Assembly: GCA_030390025.1 (NCBI GenBank) | Contig: CM059438.1 | Span: forward strand, 73,160,001-73,224,000 | Length of the DNA stretch: 64,000 nt | Direction: 5' to 3' | Origin: Squalus acanthias | Taxonomy: Eukaryota | Part shown: piece by piece, positions 1 to 10,513 of the stretch | How the letters are laid out: every line of letters begins with the position of its first letter | Position numbering within the stretch: the first letter of the stretch is position 1 | Translations under genes and position numbers: made by a program | The notes under the pieces: generated by a model | What the model saw: only the letters and a program-made list of their open reading frames with translations | The model's database searches: none | What the model was told of the DNA's origin: nothing

Positions 1-633
1 CTATTGCCCACGTAAGTGTTACGGTTGATGTAAGCAGGTTTAGGGGCCTGTTTACAACAGCGTAAGGGGATATCTACACCATTAATTAAAATTTTCATAT
101 CGTAAGTTATACAACACTTTGAAATGAGTTTATGCAAATATTGGCCTGGATTACAGTTTTAATGATGTCTAAAATTATCAAATGTGAGAAGTCGCACAAC
201 ACCAGGTTATAGTCCAACAGCTTTATTTGACATCACAAGCTTTCGGAGCGCTGCTCCCTTGACGAAAGCTTGTGGCTTAAAATTATCAAAAAATTAAATT
301 TTGAGTGAGGTTGGTGGAATGAAGGTAATTACTAATAAAGTTCCAGTTCCGTAAATTGTAGTTAGATTAGATTTTGGGATCTCATTAGGGGATTCCCTTC
401 ATAAATTATTAAAATGGAATTCTGCTTTGTGATTGGAGAACCAGGCCCACGTGATCCCAGGTATGCTTGCGCACCGCCTGTGATCCTGGGATCCATGGGC
501 CATTACGCTGCCCTCTGCCTCCAGGCCAGAGACCGCAAGTTTTCGCATCCTTGCCACCAGCAGTTAGGTTTGTAATTCTTTCGCGGTTGGAAGTGTACTC
601 CGGAGGTACACCTCCAACTGTAATTTCAGTGCC
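1..633 (-). mobile_element. Partial non-autonomous DNA element related to the 29989/57262 family, inverted orientation
   Basis: GGATTCCCTTC...GATTGG...GGCCCACGTGATCCCAGG...CTGGGATCCATGGGCC matches the reverse complement of about 57395-57485. Confidence 0.6.
183..277. mobile_element. Short palindromic Penelope-derived insertion with 13-bp target-site duplication
   Basis: CACAAGCTTTCG...CGAAAGCTTGTG inverted repeat; TAAAATTATCAAA flanks at 170-182 and 278-290; ACACCAGGTTATAGTCCAACAG resembles shark Penelope termini. Confidence 0.65.
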
Positions 634-679
634 AATGTATTTAGTCCCTCAATGGTGTGATTTGTAGATGTGCTGCTCA

Positions 680-1000
680 GAACCAGCTGATCCACACAGA
701 CCAGGAGGACCCCAGATCCTGAGTTTGTGCTGAATTAGTTGTTCTCAGCCAGTTTTTTTTTGGGGGGGGGGGGAGGAGTCATATCGTTGGCCTCAGTGCC
801 CTTGGCCGAGGGAGAGGAATAAACAGCCAGAGTTTCTGATCACCACACAGTGAATCCAGCCAGAAAGTGTGGATTTCAGCTAAGGACAGGGGTCAGGCTT
901 GCCCACTGATGGTCACTGGCCAAGCTCAGATCAGAAAAATAGGCAGTTGTTGGCTGACACACATGGCTCATCCCGGGTCAGCACCTCCAGGAAAGGGAGG
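680..1000 (+). mobile_element. Old SINE-like repeat, same family as 50765-51075
   Basis: Shared blocks TTGGCCTCAG...CAGCCAG...AGAAAGTG...TCAGGCT between the two loci; family possibly LmeSINE1c-like (from memory). Confidence 0.45.
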
Positions 1001-1655
1001 GAAAAAGCCGCAGGAAAACGAACAGTATCCTTTTCCAAAGCGTTCGCTATCTGACACGGTGTGAAGTACCACTATAAGGTGAAACCATAATCGTTGGAAA
1101 CAGCCAAATGCCTAACTCTACATCAACCATCTTCTTACACTGTACATTCAGTGCTCCGATTCGGAATGCAAATGTTTAGAAATTGGTTGCAATGCCGGAG
1201 ATAAATATAAGATAGCTTTCTCATCTAAACGTGTAATAGAGGAGTAATGTCCATTGAGTAATGCGAGAAGTCAGCACAGCCAAAGACACTTGCTAACCTT
1301 TGACACAATAATCACTCACTGCGCTGATATACCTCGAGTATGTGTAGGAAATTAAAATCCAGGACTGTAATTACAATGTTTTGGAATAATATGGAGTGAC
1401 TGATGGCATTACAGCCAACATGGGACCCATTAATATATGTACCTTAGTAACATTTTGTATATATACACCTTAGTAACATTGAAATTACCAACATTTTATC
1501 ATGGTGAGTTGACAACTTAAGTAGCATGGTCATTTGTAATGGAGAACAATGGACACATTGTTCTGAGTGCAAACATAGATGGAAAGTGCAACATTTGAGG
1601 TTGGAATAGGAAAATAACACGCACGTTCTGATGTCAGAATGTGCAAAGTACAAGG

Positions 1656-1661
1656 TTTATT
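1656..1661 (-). terminator. Candidate distal poly(A) signal AATAAA
   Basis: AATAAACCTTGTACTTTGCACATT... followed by GTGCGTGTTATTTT. Confidence 0.5.
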
Positions 1662-2793
1662 TTTCAAAAAACACAGGGGGATATAGTATTCCGTATATAT
1701 TATAATACTGTATTTTCACCCACAATACAAGAGTGACCTCCAGTGTGTTGGGGTGCCCTCGGTCTTTGACTTCAGGCATTAGAACAGGCTAATGGTCACT
1801 CTCACTGGGAACCATAGTTTACATGCAGTAGACTCCTTTCCAGTTTGATCCCTGACAAGCTTTCCTTTTACATTTTTTTTTACTATGTTGAAGTCTACCA
1901 TTGAAATACCTTTGATAAGATCACGCTTGTCTTCAGAGCAACCTTTCTTCAACAACACTTATTTGATCTTAACAGGGTTCAGCTGAACAAACAGAATGCA
2001 GATACATTTAATTGTTTTACAATATTAATAACTTCTTAAAAGGCCTACGTCATCAGGATTTTTTTTTTGTGGCTTGCAAGCCAGAAACGTCTGTAAAAAT
2101 TGTGTTGAGATCATTGTATCCCTTCATTGATGCTGCTCAGATCACAGCCAATATGGGCGTATCAAAATCTGCCATTTCTTTTAACCGTAGACACTTTGTT
2201 GACTGTTTCAAAAGATTTAAGAGCAATATTTTTCTCTGTTCGCTAATTTTAGTGAGAAGATAGACAGGAGTATAAAGTACACAACACCACCTTAGACTCG
2301 CATCCACTCTTTTGGTAAAATTGGCAAAGTGAGGAAGCTCAGCTTTCCTACAAAGGTCACATTTGGGGAACAGTCAAAAAAATCATTCCGTATTTTCATA
2401 AGATGTGATTTTCCCAAGCCATCTGTGATACCAAATAGCTCATGTTTGCCATGAGTGCACGGCCATCGAGAGATATCTGTTGCTAGGGTAACCACCAGCT
2501 ATAAGCCCTTCCTCCAAGATGACACAGCCCCTTTAAAATGACAACTCAACCCTAACTATTCTTCGGAATGCTAGAAAGACCACTTGCCATTCGAGTTGTT
2601 TCTCGTTTTACCCAAGGAACGAAAAATTACTTTATGCGGGGTTTTTTTTAAAAATTATTACGCCAATCCAAGTAGCCTTTTTTCCCCTTTGAGAAATGAT
2701 GGTGCAGTTATGCCCAAAAAATTCATTGTTTGCTGTGGTAGACAGCATATTACTTTGCAACCGATTTACAACAGTTTTTTTTTTCCAATAAGC

Positions 2794-2799
2794 TTTATT
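2794..2799 (-). terminator. Candidate poly(A) signal AATAAA
   Basis: AATAAAGCTTATTGG, then an A-run and CTGTTGT. Confidence 0.4.
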
Positions 2800-3793
2800 T
2801 AGTCAATCATGCATGAACAAAAAAAGGACCAATTCAAACATTCCAAAAAATTCCATGTTTTCTTTTTGGTTAGCCACTTCCTGTGCAGGAAGTTTTTCGT
2901 GTAGACAGGAAGTGACATAAAAAGACGAGCAGGGCAAAAAGGTTAATGCAATATTCAAGCTAGGGGCATGACATGCAATTTCTCTCAGTTGCATAAAACA
3001 AAAAGTAACTGTGATGTGTAACAACATTTCGTCCTAATTATAATTAGGGTTGTGTTCTTTTTGGTACGAGTGTAAACCATCAATAAAAGACATAAGAACA
3101 GCTCAGCAAATGCGTCTTTATATAGTTTCAAAACATTCACACATTCTCAACATATTAGTTAATGCAACAAAGCCAGTTAACAATTTTTTTTTAAAGATTT
3201 GCAGAAGTCTTGTTTAAAAATTGTGCAAATTAGAAAAACATGAAGCATGTGAAATTTTCCTTCTAGGTTTTATTTTAATTCAAGGACTCTGCCTCATACA
3301 AAATGTAACTGTAGAAACTGCAGAAGTTCAAAGTTTGGCTGATAAATTATCAATCAGGCAGCAAACTAGTCAATCACAGGACCTTATTAGCTCCGGTCAT
3401 GTTGCATGGTTGGAACTCATTAACTTTCCCAACACTGTTTTATATATAAAGTTATCGCAACAAACTGCCAAATTGATATCAAATTTTTTTGTCTTTCCTT
3501 TGTTAAAAACAAACAGCTGATGAATACATATTGTATCAAAAAAGTGGTACCAAGATAAACAATAGTTCATGCACATACTTTTATCACATGCTACCATTAC
3601 GTCATCAAAGTACAACCACGAATAAACTGAACTCTGGCTGTGAAAATAGTTGGGTGTATCTTGAGTTTGGCAACCTACTGTAAACGGATGAAGGGAAGGT
3701 GTGCAGTTCCGGTTAAAAGGTGTGTAAGTTGCACACACAAAAGGTAGAGAGACCACAGGTAACAGTTTGACAGTGAACTGGCAAGTGTTTCAT

Positions 3794-3799
3794 TTTATT
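3794..3799 (-). terminator. Candidate poly(A) signal AATAAA (proximal)
   Basis: AATAAA followed about 25-60 nt downstream by GU/U-rich TGTTACCTGTGGTCTCTCTACCTTTTGTGTGTG. Confidence 0.55.
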
Positions 3800-5922
3800 A
3801 ATTTTTGTTTCTTTACCCACAGCAGCCCCGCAATACTGAATTGGGACAAAACGATTTTAAATAAGAGTGTTGACACTTTTGCGCACTGTTGTTGCACATA
3901 AACAGGGAGATGTTTTCCTTGCACCCCCGCCGTCACAATCGAGCTCAGACGTCACACTACAAACTGTCGTTTCCAAAAGTATGGGAGAGTTTACCTTTAA
4001 AAAAAAATTTCAACCCTTCTGCACAGATGTAGTTCTATAATTAATGAGTACAATTGGTGCATGCATTATTCAAGATGTAGGTTTGACTTAAAACGTCCTG
4101 TTAAACATTCCAGGAACAATTTTATCATCAATATATATTTCCCCCCCACCCCCCGCCACCCAATATCGGTTTTCTTTAAAATTTCAAATAATCGTTGTGC
4201 CTTTGTTATAAGGAAATCTATAAAACATTTGGTCACGATCATGCTGAAAACCTGAAACAGGAGAATCCAGCAGATAAAGCTACAGAATGGATGATTTGCT
4301 TTTTTGCCTGACAAATATCATCTTGTTGCATAGCCCTCCTGACAAACACTCGGATCATCCTCTGCAACCCAGTGTCCTCACTTTATCGTTTGATTCTGCA
4401 AAGTGCACATTTTGTAGGCTATTTCCCAACATTTTTTTTTTTTAAAAAGACACATTACAAAGGCAACAGCAATGTTTTCCCATGTATCCTTACGACATAG
4501 AAACTGTACACCATAAAACATGTGCTCATAACCTCCACAACCAAGTTTAAAAGACTGGACATGCACGGTGAAGTCTAAAGACAGCAGGCATAATGCTGCA
4601 CTGGTTCGCACGTTGTTTCAGCTCTGATCTTCCTGTTTGAACTTCAGAAAAGGTTCAAGCCCAGGCTTGCTCGTCAACGCCAAATTTTGGCTTAATGTTT
4701 CAAATTTGATTTTTGCAACATGTCATGACTAATTTCCAGTCCGGCTATCAAGAAACCATTTCTAGGTGTTTTGTTTTAAACCACCAATTCCTCTCACCTC
4801 TGCCATACCTCCCAGGGCCCCCACTTACCAGTTAAGATGCACTGAAGCGCGAGGCTGCATCTTCTCTTATGAGCTATTTAAAAGGTTAGGCACTTGGAAT
4901 TCAACAGTTGGAGCAACAAATACAAAAAGAGTGGAATGACGTCGGGCTGACTCTTTACATACAACTCCCTACTTTTTGTACACTTTTACGAAAAACCAAT
5001 GAATGCCATGAAGTCTGTGTGACTACGTGCGGCTATTTACCGGCGATGCAATAAAAAAATGATGCAGTCAGGATCACAGATCACGTTATCGCTACGGAAC
5101 GCCCCCCCACCCCCCCCCCCCAGCAAAAATGGAAAAAATAAAACAAATCAACAAAATTATTTAACAAAGTGTGAAAAGCAGCACACCGAAAGGCCTCTCT
5201 GGACCTGAAGAAATGACGCTGGCAACTCCACAACTTAAAATTGAACATGTTGGGGGAACGTCTTGGTGCAGATGAGAACAATGCAGAGAGATGTGGAGAC
5301 ATAGTGCAGGAATTTGTTTACTGGCTCCATTCAAGACATTTATTTTCTCTGTAATTGACATCAAGTCCTACATTTCAAAGGTTTTGCTGTCTGTGTTAGT
5401 CTCTCGATATGCATTAAAATATCTTATCCCCCTTTTTGTTTTTTTTCCCCCCTCTGGCATTCACAGTCTGTGATGAAAGCAGATCCACCTTTTCACAACT
5501 TGTGTTAGAAAGTGGCAAACTCATTCGCCACTTGTTCCCGTGGTTCACAAGAGCAGGCTATTGTATTTCATCAGGTTTTTTTTTTCCACTTTTATGTATA
5601 TGTTTATATAATAAATTTGGCATCTGTTGTTTTCTGAAATAGCCAATGTAGGGAGAGATAGAAAAACAGATGTTTTCCAGAATTAAACAGTCTTTTGTTT
5701 TCTTCACTTCAAGTGAACAATTTTTCACTTGCAAATTCAGTGCAAAAACAAGCTGAAGCAATCCTTAAAAAAAAAATCAGATTACTGGAACAATTTCCAG
5801 TTTCTAAATCCCCATGAATGCTGCATATGAATATACACACTGAGCTCTGACAGAACACCCTGTAGATGATAAAACTCATCATATTAATGCATAATCTGTA
5901 AGAGTCTCGCTAGACTGCCACG

Positions 5923-6483
5923 CTAGCACCAATCGTCTTCATCTGTTTCGCGGTAATATTTCCGCTCTCTCGCGCCCGTCCCAGGGCCTGTGCTCATGCC
6001 CAGGTTGCAGTGGTAACCATTCGGGACTCTGCGGCTTTGGTGAGGTTGAGATGTAAAAGATGAGACGCAAGAAGTCCTTGGGGACCTGCCCGTAGTCGTG
6101 GCAACAGCCACCTCAAAGGTCAGAGTCTCTTCTGGCGGCGTCTGGACCACGCTGCCGCAACCCTCGCGGTGTCCCAGGTAAGGGTCAGAGCCAATGCGCG
6201 TCACCATCGATTGTCTGCCCTCGCCGCTAGCGTAAGGGTGGTTCTGGGACTCGCTGCGCAGCAAGGTGTTGTGCTCTGAGTGGCCGCGGCTGAGCCTCCC
6301 TGGGGGAGTCGGGGGTAAGACGCCGTGCAGGTTGTTAAACTGAGCCGGAGAGGAGTTTGCAGTTTTGTAGGTGATGTTGGGGCGCGGTGTTAGAGGTGTC
6401 TGCGGAAGCTGCCGTCGCCCACGACACGGGGTGCTCGCGCCAGAGACTGACTGCAGAGGGCTGTCATTAACCGAACCACTGCC
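5923..6483 (-). CDS. CACNA1B: CACNA1B terminal exon 46, coding part (long C-terminus)
   Basis: CATGTAG|GGC acceptor; [46 protein letters not shown]...RIGSDPYLG...LTFEVAVAT...RRVPNGYHC...DEDDWC*; carries the SH3-ligand RQLPQTP and PDZ-ligand DDWC. Confidence 0.97.
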   Translation of the reverse strand, partial: GSGSVNDSPLQSVSGASTPCRGRRQLPQTPLTPRPNITYKTANSSPAQFNNLHGVLPPTPPGRLSRGHSEHNTLLRSESQNHPYASGEGRQSMVTRIGSDPYLGHREGCGSVVQTPPEETLTFEVAVATTTGRSPRTSCVSSFTSQPHQSRRVPNGYHCNLGMSTGPGTGARERKYYRETDEDDWC

Positions 6484-8907
6484 CTACATGAAAATTGGAA
6501 CAAAGCAATTCAAAAAACAAAAGAACAGACACACGGAAAACAAAAAAAACATCAACGGAAAAGGACATAAAGCCACACGAGAGAAGAAATAAGGCTGAAA
6601 AGGTCAGACGAGCACCAAAAAGGGAAAGTAAAGTATGAGGCAAAAATACACAGAGATGCAGAGAGAATTGGAGGGAAAAATGATTATCATGAGTGGCAAA
6701 ATCAACTATTGAAAAAGTAGGTAAATAATTAGCAGCATTAGGTATTAAACGCATAAGATAAAACCCTAGAAGAGAGTGGTAAATAGGAAGAATGCAGAAG
6801 TAGTTAGTTAAGGGCTCACAATAGAGATTTCATTAGTACAGTATTTAAAGAATACTAATTGAAGACATTTTGACCGAGCAGTCAATACATTTAAATGTCT
6901 AAAGGTGTAACTTTCATCAGAGAAAAGTTGTTAAAATAGAGTAAATTATTTTCTGTGCAATACTGGGGAGAGAGATGAATTCCTACGGAGACAGATGCCT
7001 TAAAATTTCACACTACCTATGAACATTAGTGAAAATGTTGTTGAGGTTAAGCAAGGTACGCGTGCTAAACATTAGTAAATAGAGGTACATATACTACAGA
7101 ATGGTGTGAACATAAACCAGGAGTTAAGAGATCGTAAGATGTGGAGTAATGTTCTCATAATATGCTAGGATAGAGAAGATTTGATATTTTTTCTATTAGG
7201 GAAAGTTTTTGGTATGCAAATGCAATCTTAGATAGAGGAAGCTAAATGTGTCTTCACTCGATTTTGAAAGAGCGATGCACAGTTTGTTTACTTTTAAGAT
7301 ATTTGGAAGCTGCTTTTCTGATCCAATCCTTTCATACTCGATCCACTATTCTTACTTTGTATTTATTTGTTAAAAGTCAGTTCTTGAGGATTACAATTGC
7401 TCTTAGTCTTGATCTGTAAGGTGCACTTCGATGCCATTACCCAAGGCAAAATACTCCCCCAAAATATGCTTGTGTTTGAATGTAGGTTCAATTTTCAAAT
7501 GATCTTGATGTGGCATTCACTGCAAATCAAAGTTGCCAACATTTCAGCCATTTGCTGAAGGTATTCGCAACTGCATCAGAATCAACTGAGAAATGTTGCA
7601 CATCTTTGGGTTACGAATTCATGCAACATATTCTGAGGTAGTTTTATGTATTTGAACTCAGCAGCTTGGACTGAGAATCATAATGCAAGTTACTGGTGCA
7701 AGAAAATGGAAAGTGCTGGTCCTGAGTTATAATGAATAAAAGCATCATAAATCAATGCGAATACTTCAATAAATTAGGGTTCAATAAAGCATCGTTCAAG
7801 TAAAAGTATCACCTTTATGCCGTTAGTAAAATAGCTCCCACCAAAATCTTTAAAACACATCAGCTATGAAAATGTATGCAACAGAAATTTCAATATGAAG
7901 CTGCCAACATTTCAGCAATTTGCCATGTGTTCTCAACCGTATCAGAATCAAATGAGAAATGCTGAATGTTACCACTGACTTCCAGGTGGTCCTTTAAGGG
8001 AACAAAATGAGAATCTGGTTTATTGAAAATTGTGTGTAAATATTAAACAAAATACTATTTTGACCAGGAATTGCATCTAAATCCTTTCATGTTAGCACTT
8101 CTTTCTTTTTTTTCCTCCTCGATAGTATCTGTTCTCTGGTATTTCTTATGTCTGGTGACCTTGTTGTCATGCTAAGAATTATGGGTGTCGAAATTCTGAT
8201 GCTGCATTTGTGTGCCAACACACCTGGCCATACAGTGCCAGAGCATCGTACACAAGTTCCGCACAAAGTATGTACCCAGTCTCAATCAGGAAATTTGAAG
8301 GGTGGCGCCAAGCAAAGATAAGAGGCTTCCATTCATAGAGGGAAAGTAAATCAGGAGAGCAAGACTCAACCTGGGCCACTCTCACACACCTCTTTACTAG
8401 CCAGCTCAAAAGCAGTACTGATGAAGGATCCTGGAGTACAAGAACTTCAAGTTGTTATGGCAAACTAGGAGATCTAAATAATCAGTACAGCACTGATACA
8501 GACGTTAGAAAGCAGAGCAAGATATTTTGCACACATTAAAGAAACTGAACATTTCTAATGTTACTTGATTGTGACCAGCCTCACATCCCCCTCAGCTTTA
8601 CTGTACCTACTTGATCACGTTTCAAATACTTCTGTGAAGCAAAAGTGAGTTTCTAACTTCAAAGGTCTCTTCATAGTCAATATTTTAGAATACAAATCAG
8701 AAATAACTAGAGTTTAAAAAGTTCACCATAATATCAATACTTTTAACACTATGTCGGTTGACAACAAAAGGTGCTTTCACCTTTTTAGCACCTAATTTAA
8801 CAGTTGATTTTTTAAAAACGTTTTCTTTCTCCTCATCAGTTAATTCATGTTTAAATAGAACTTACAGTTGCCAGTGAGATCCCCGGCATGTGCTAATTTC
8901 TTCTCAC

Positions 8908-9131
8908 CTGTCTGTGGAGGCTGTGGTCTGGGCCTGCACTAGGAGATGCAGACCGGCTGTGATCAGTTGACTTGGGCTGTGAGGGCTCCCGACTGCCATA
9001 TCGGTCGCAGGAATAGTAACGCTGCTTCTCATTGGAGGATGGAGGTTTCCGCTCCTGTGACCTACCTCGCTCACGCTCCTTTGATGGTTGGTCCCTTGGG
9101 TGAGCTACAGAACTGAGGTCATCCATTTGGC
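8908..9131 (-). CDS. CACNA1B: CACNA1B exon 45, 224 nt
   Basis: TTGCAG|GC acceptor; QMDDLSSVAHPRDQPSKERERGRSQERKPPSSNEKQRYYSCDRYGSREPSQPKSTDHSRSASPSAGPDHSLHRQ; CAG|GTGAGA donor. Confidence 0.95.
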
Positions 9132-9349
9132 CTGCAAGCAACATCACCATACAAAGTATTATACGTATGTAAGTGGAATCCGAATTTTATTTTGTTTTGA
9201 GAAGTATGTTCTTCAACAAGCAGTGTTCATACGCTTTACTGCTAGTGGAAAATACCACAGGCAGAATTGTGCAATAGCGAATATAAACACTATCCATTGA
9301 CTAATATAGCCATCCTATACTTTGTTCGTAAAGAATGAAACATATTTGC

Positions 9350-9656
9350 ATCTGTCTTTCGGATGAGACATTAAACCAAGGCCCCATCTGCCCACTCAGG
9401 CGAATGTAAAATGGCACTACTTCGAAGAAGAGCAGAAGAGTTCTCTCCGGTGTCCTGGCCAATATTTATCCCTCAACCAACATCACAGATTATCTGGTCA
9501 TTATCATTGTGGGACCTTGCTGTGCGCAAATTGGCTGCCGCGTTTCCTACATTACATCAGTGACTACACTTGAAAAGTACTTCATTGGCTGTAATGCCTT
9601 TTGGGACGTCCTGAGGTTGTGAAAGGTGCTATATAAATGCAAGTCTTTCTTTTTTT
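9350..9656 (+). mobile_element. SacSINE1-like Deu-SINE, 5'-truncated
   Basis: Deu domain GTCTTTCGGATGAGACATTAAACC...ATGGCACTACTTCGAAGAAGAGCAG and L2-type tail GCTATATAAATGCAAGTCTTTC; homologous to 37187 and 61851 copies. Confidence 0.85.
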
Positions 9657-9759
9657 AATCCTGCAAAGGTGTGGAATCAGACTACAGGACTGACACTGCA
9701 TCATGAATAAATACAATCTCATCAACTACCCTTTCCTCATCTCCTGCGCCTTGTGGCGA

Positions 9760-10043
9760 GGGGGTGGTAGTGGGGGCTTCTAATCTATAACTTTGCTTGA
9801 GTCTTGTAAATGTTGTACTTGTGTCCTCTCGTTCTCTGCTCGTTTAAATATCTTGTTTACTTCAACCTTACCTGTACCTGTCATTATTTTAAAGACCTGT
9901 AGCACGTCTCCTCTCAGTCTTCTTTTTGCCAGTGAAAATAAATGTAGTCATTTGAGCCTTCCTTCATAACCTAGCCCTTCAAGTTCAGGGTTCAGCCTGG
10001 TCACTCTCCTCTGAACCCTTTCCAATGCGCTTACACTAAACTT
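9760..10043 (-). mobile_element. Highly degraded CR1 LINE fragment, interrupted by the 10044 LINE
   Basis: Remnant RT C-terminal coding (reverse: GGTTATGAAGGAAGGCTC...TTTTCACTGGCAAAAAGAAGACTGAGAGGAGAC). Confidence 0.55.
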
Positions 10044-10513
10044 TTTTCTATTTATTCGTTTATGGAATGTGGGCGTCGCTGGCAAGGCCAGCATTTATTG
10101 CCCATCCCTAATTGCCCTGGAGAAGGTAGTGGTGAGCCGCCTTCTTGAACCGCTGCAGTCCATGTGGTGAAGGTACTCCCACAGTGCTGTTAGGGAGGGA
10201 GTTCCAGGATTTTAACCCAGCGACGATGAAGGATCGGCAATATACATCTAAGTCAGGATGGTGTGTGACTTGGAGGGGAACTTGGAGGTGATGGTGTTCC
10301 CATGCGCCTACTGCCCTTGTCCTTCTAGGTGGAAGAGGTCGCGGGTTTGGGAGGTGCTGCCGAAGAAGCCTTGGCAAGTTGCTGCAGTGCATCTTGTAGA
10401 TGGTACACACTGCAGCCACGGTGCACCGGTGGTGGAGGGAGTGAATGTTTAAGGTGGTGGATGGGGTGCCAATCAAGCGGGCTGCTTTGTCCTGGATGGT
10501 GTCGAGCTTCCTG
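10044..10513 (-). mobile_element. 3' fragment of a CR1/L2-group LINE with 20-bp TSD
   Basis: ORF remnant LHHRCTVAAVCTIYKMHCSNLPRLLRQHL...KSWNSLP; tail GGGCAATAAATGCTGGCC...; TSD AATGCGCyTACrCTAAACTT at 10024-10043 and 10514-10533. Confidence 0.85.

Larger units (their letters stand above)
1640..5922 (-). other. CACNA1B: Probable CACNA1B 3' UTR (maximum extent; end uncertain)
   Basis: Follows the stop codon; AT-rich, free of recognisable transposons; contains several minus-strand AATAAA signals. Confidence 0.55.
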
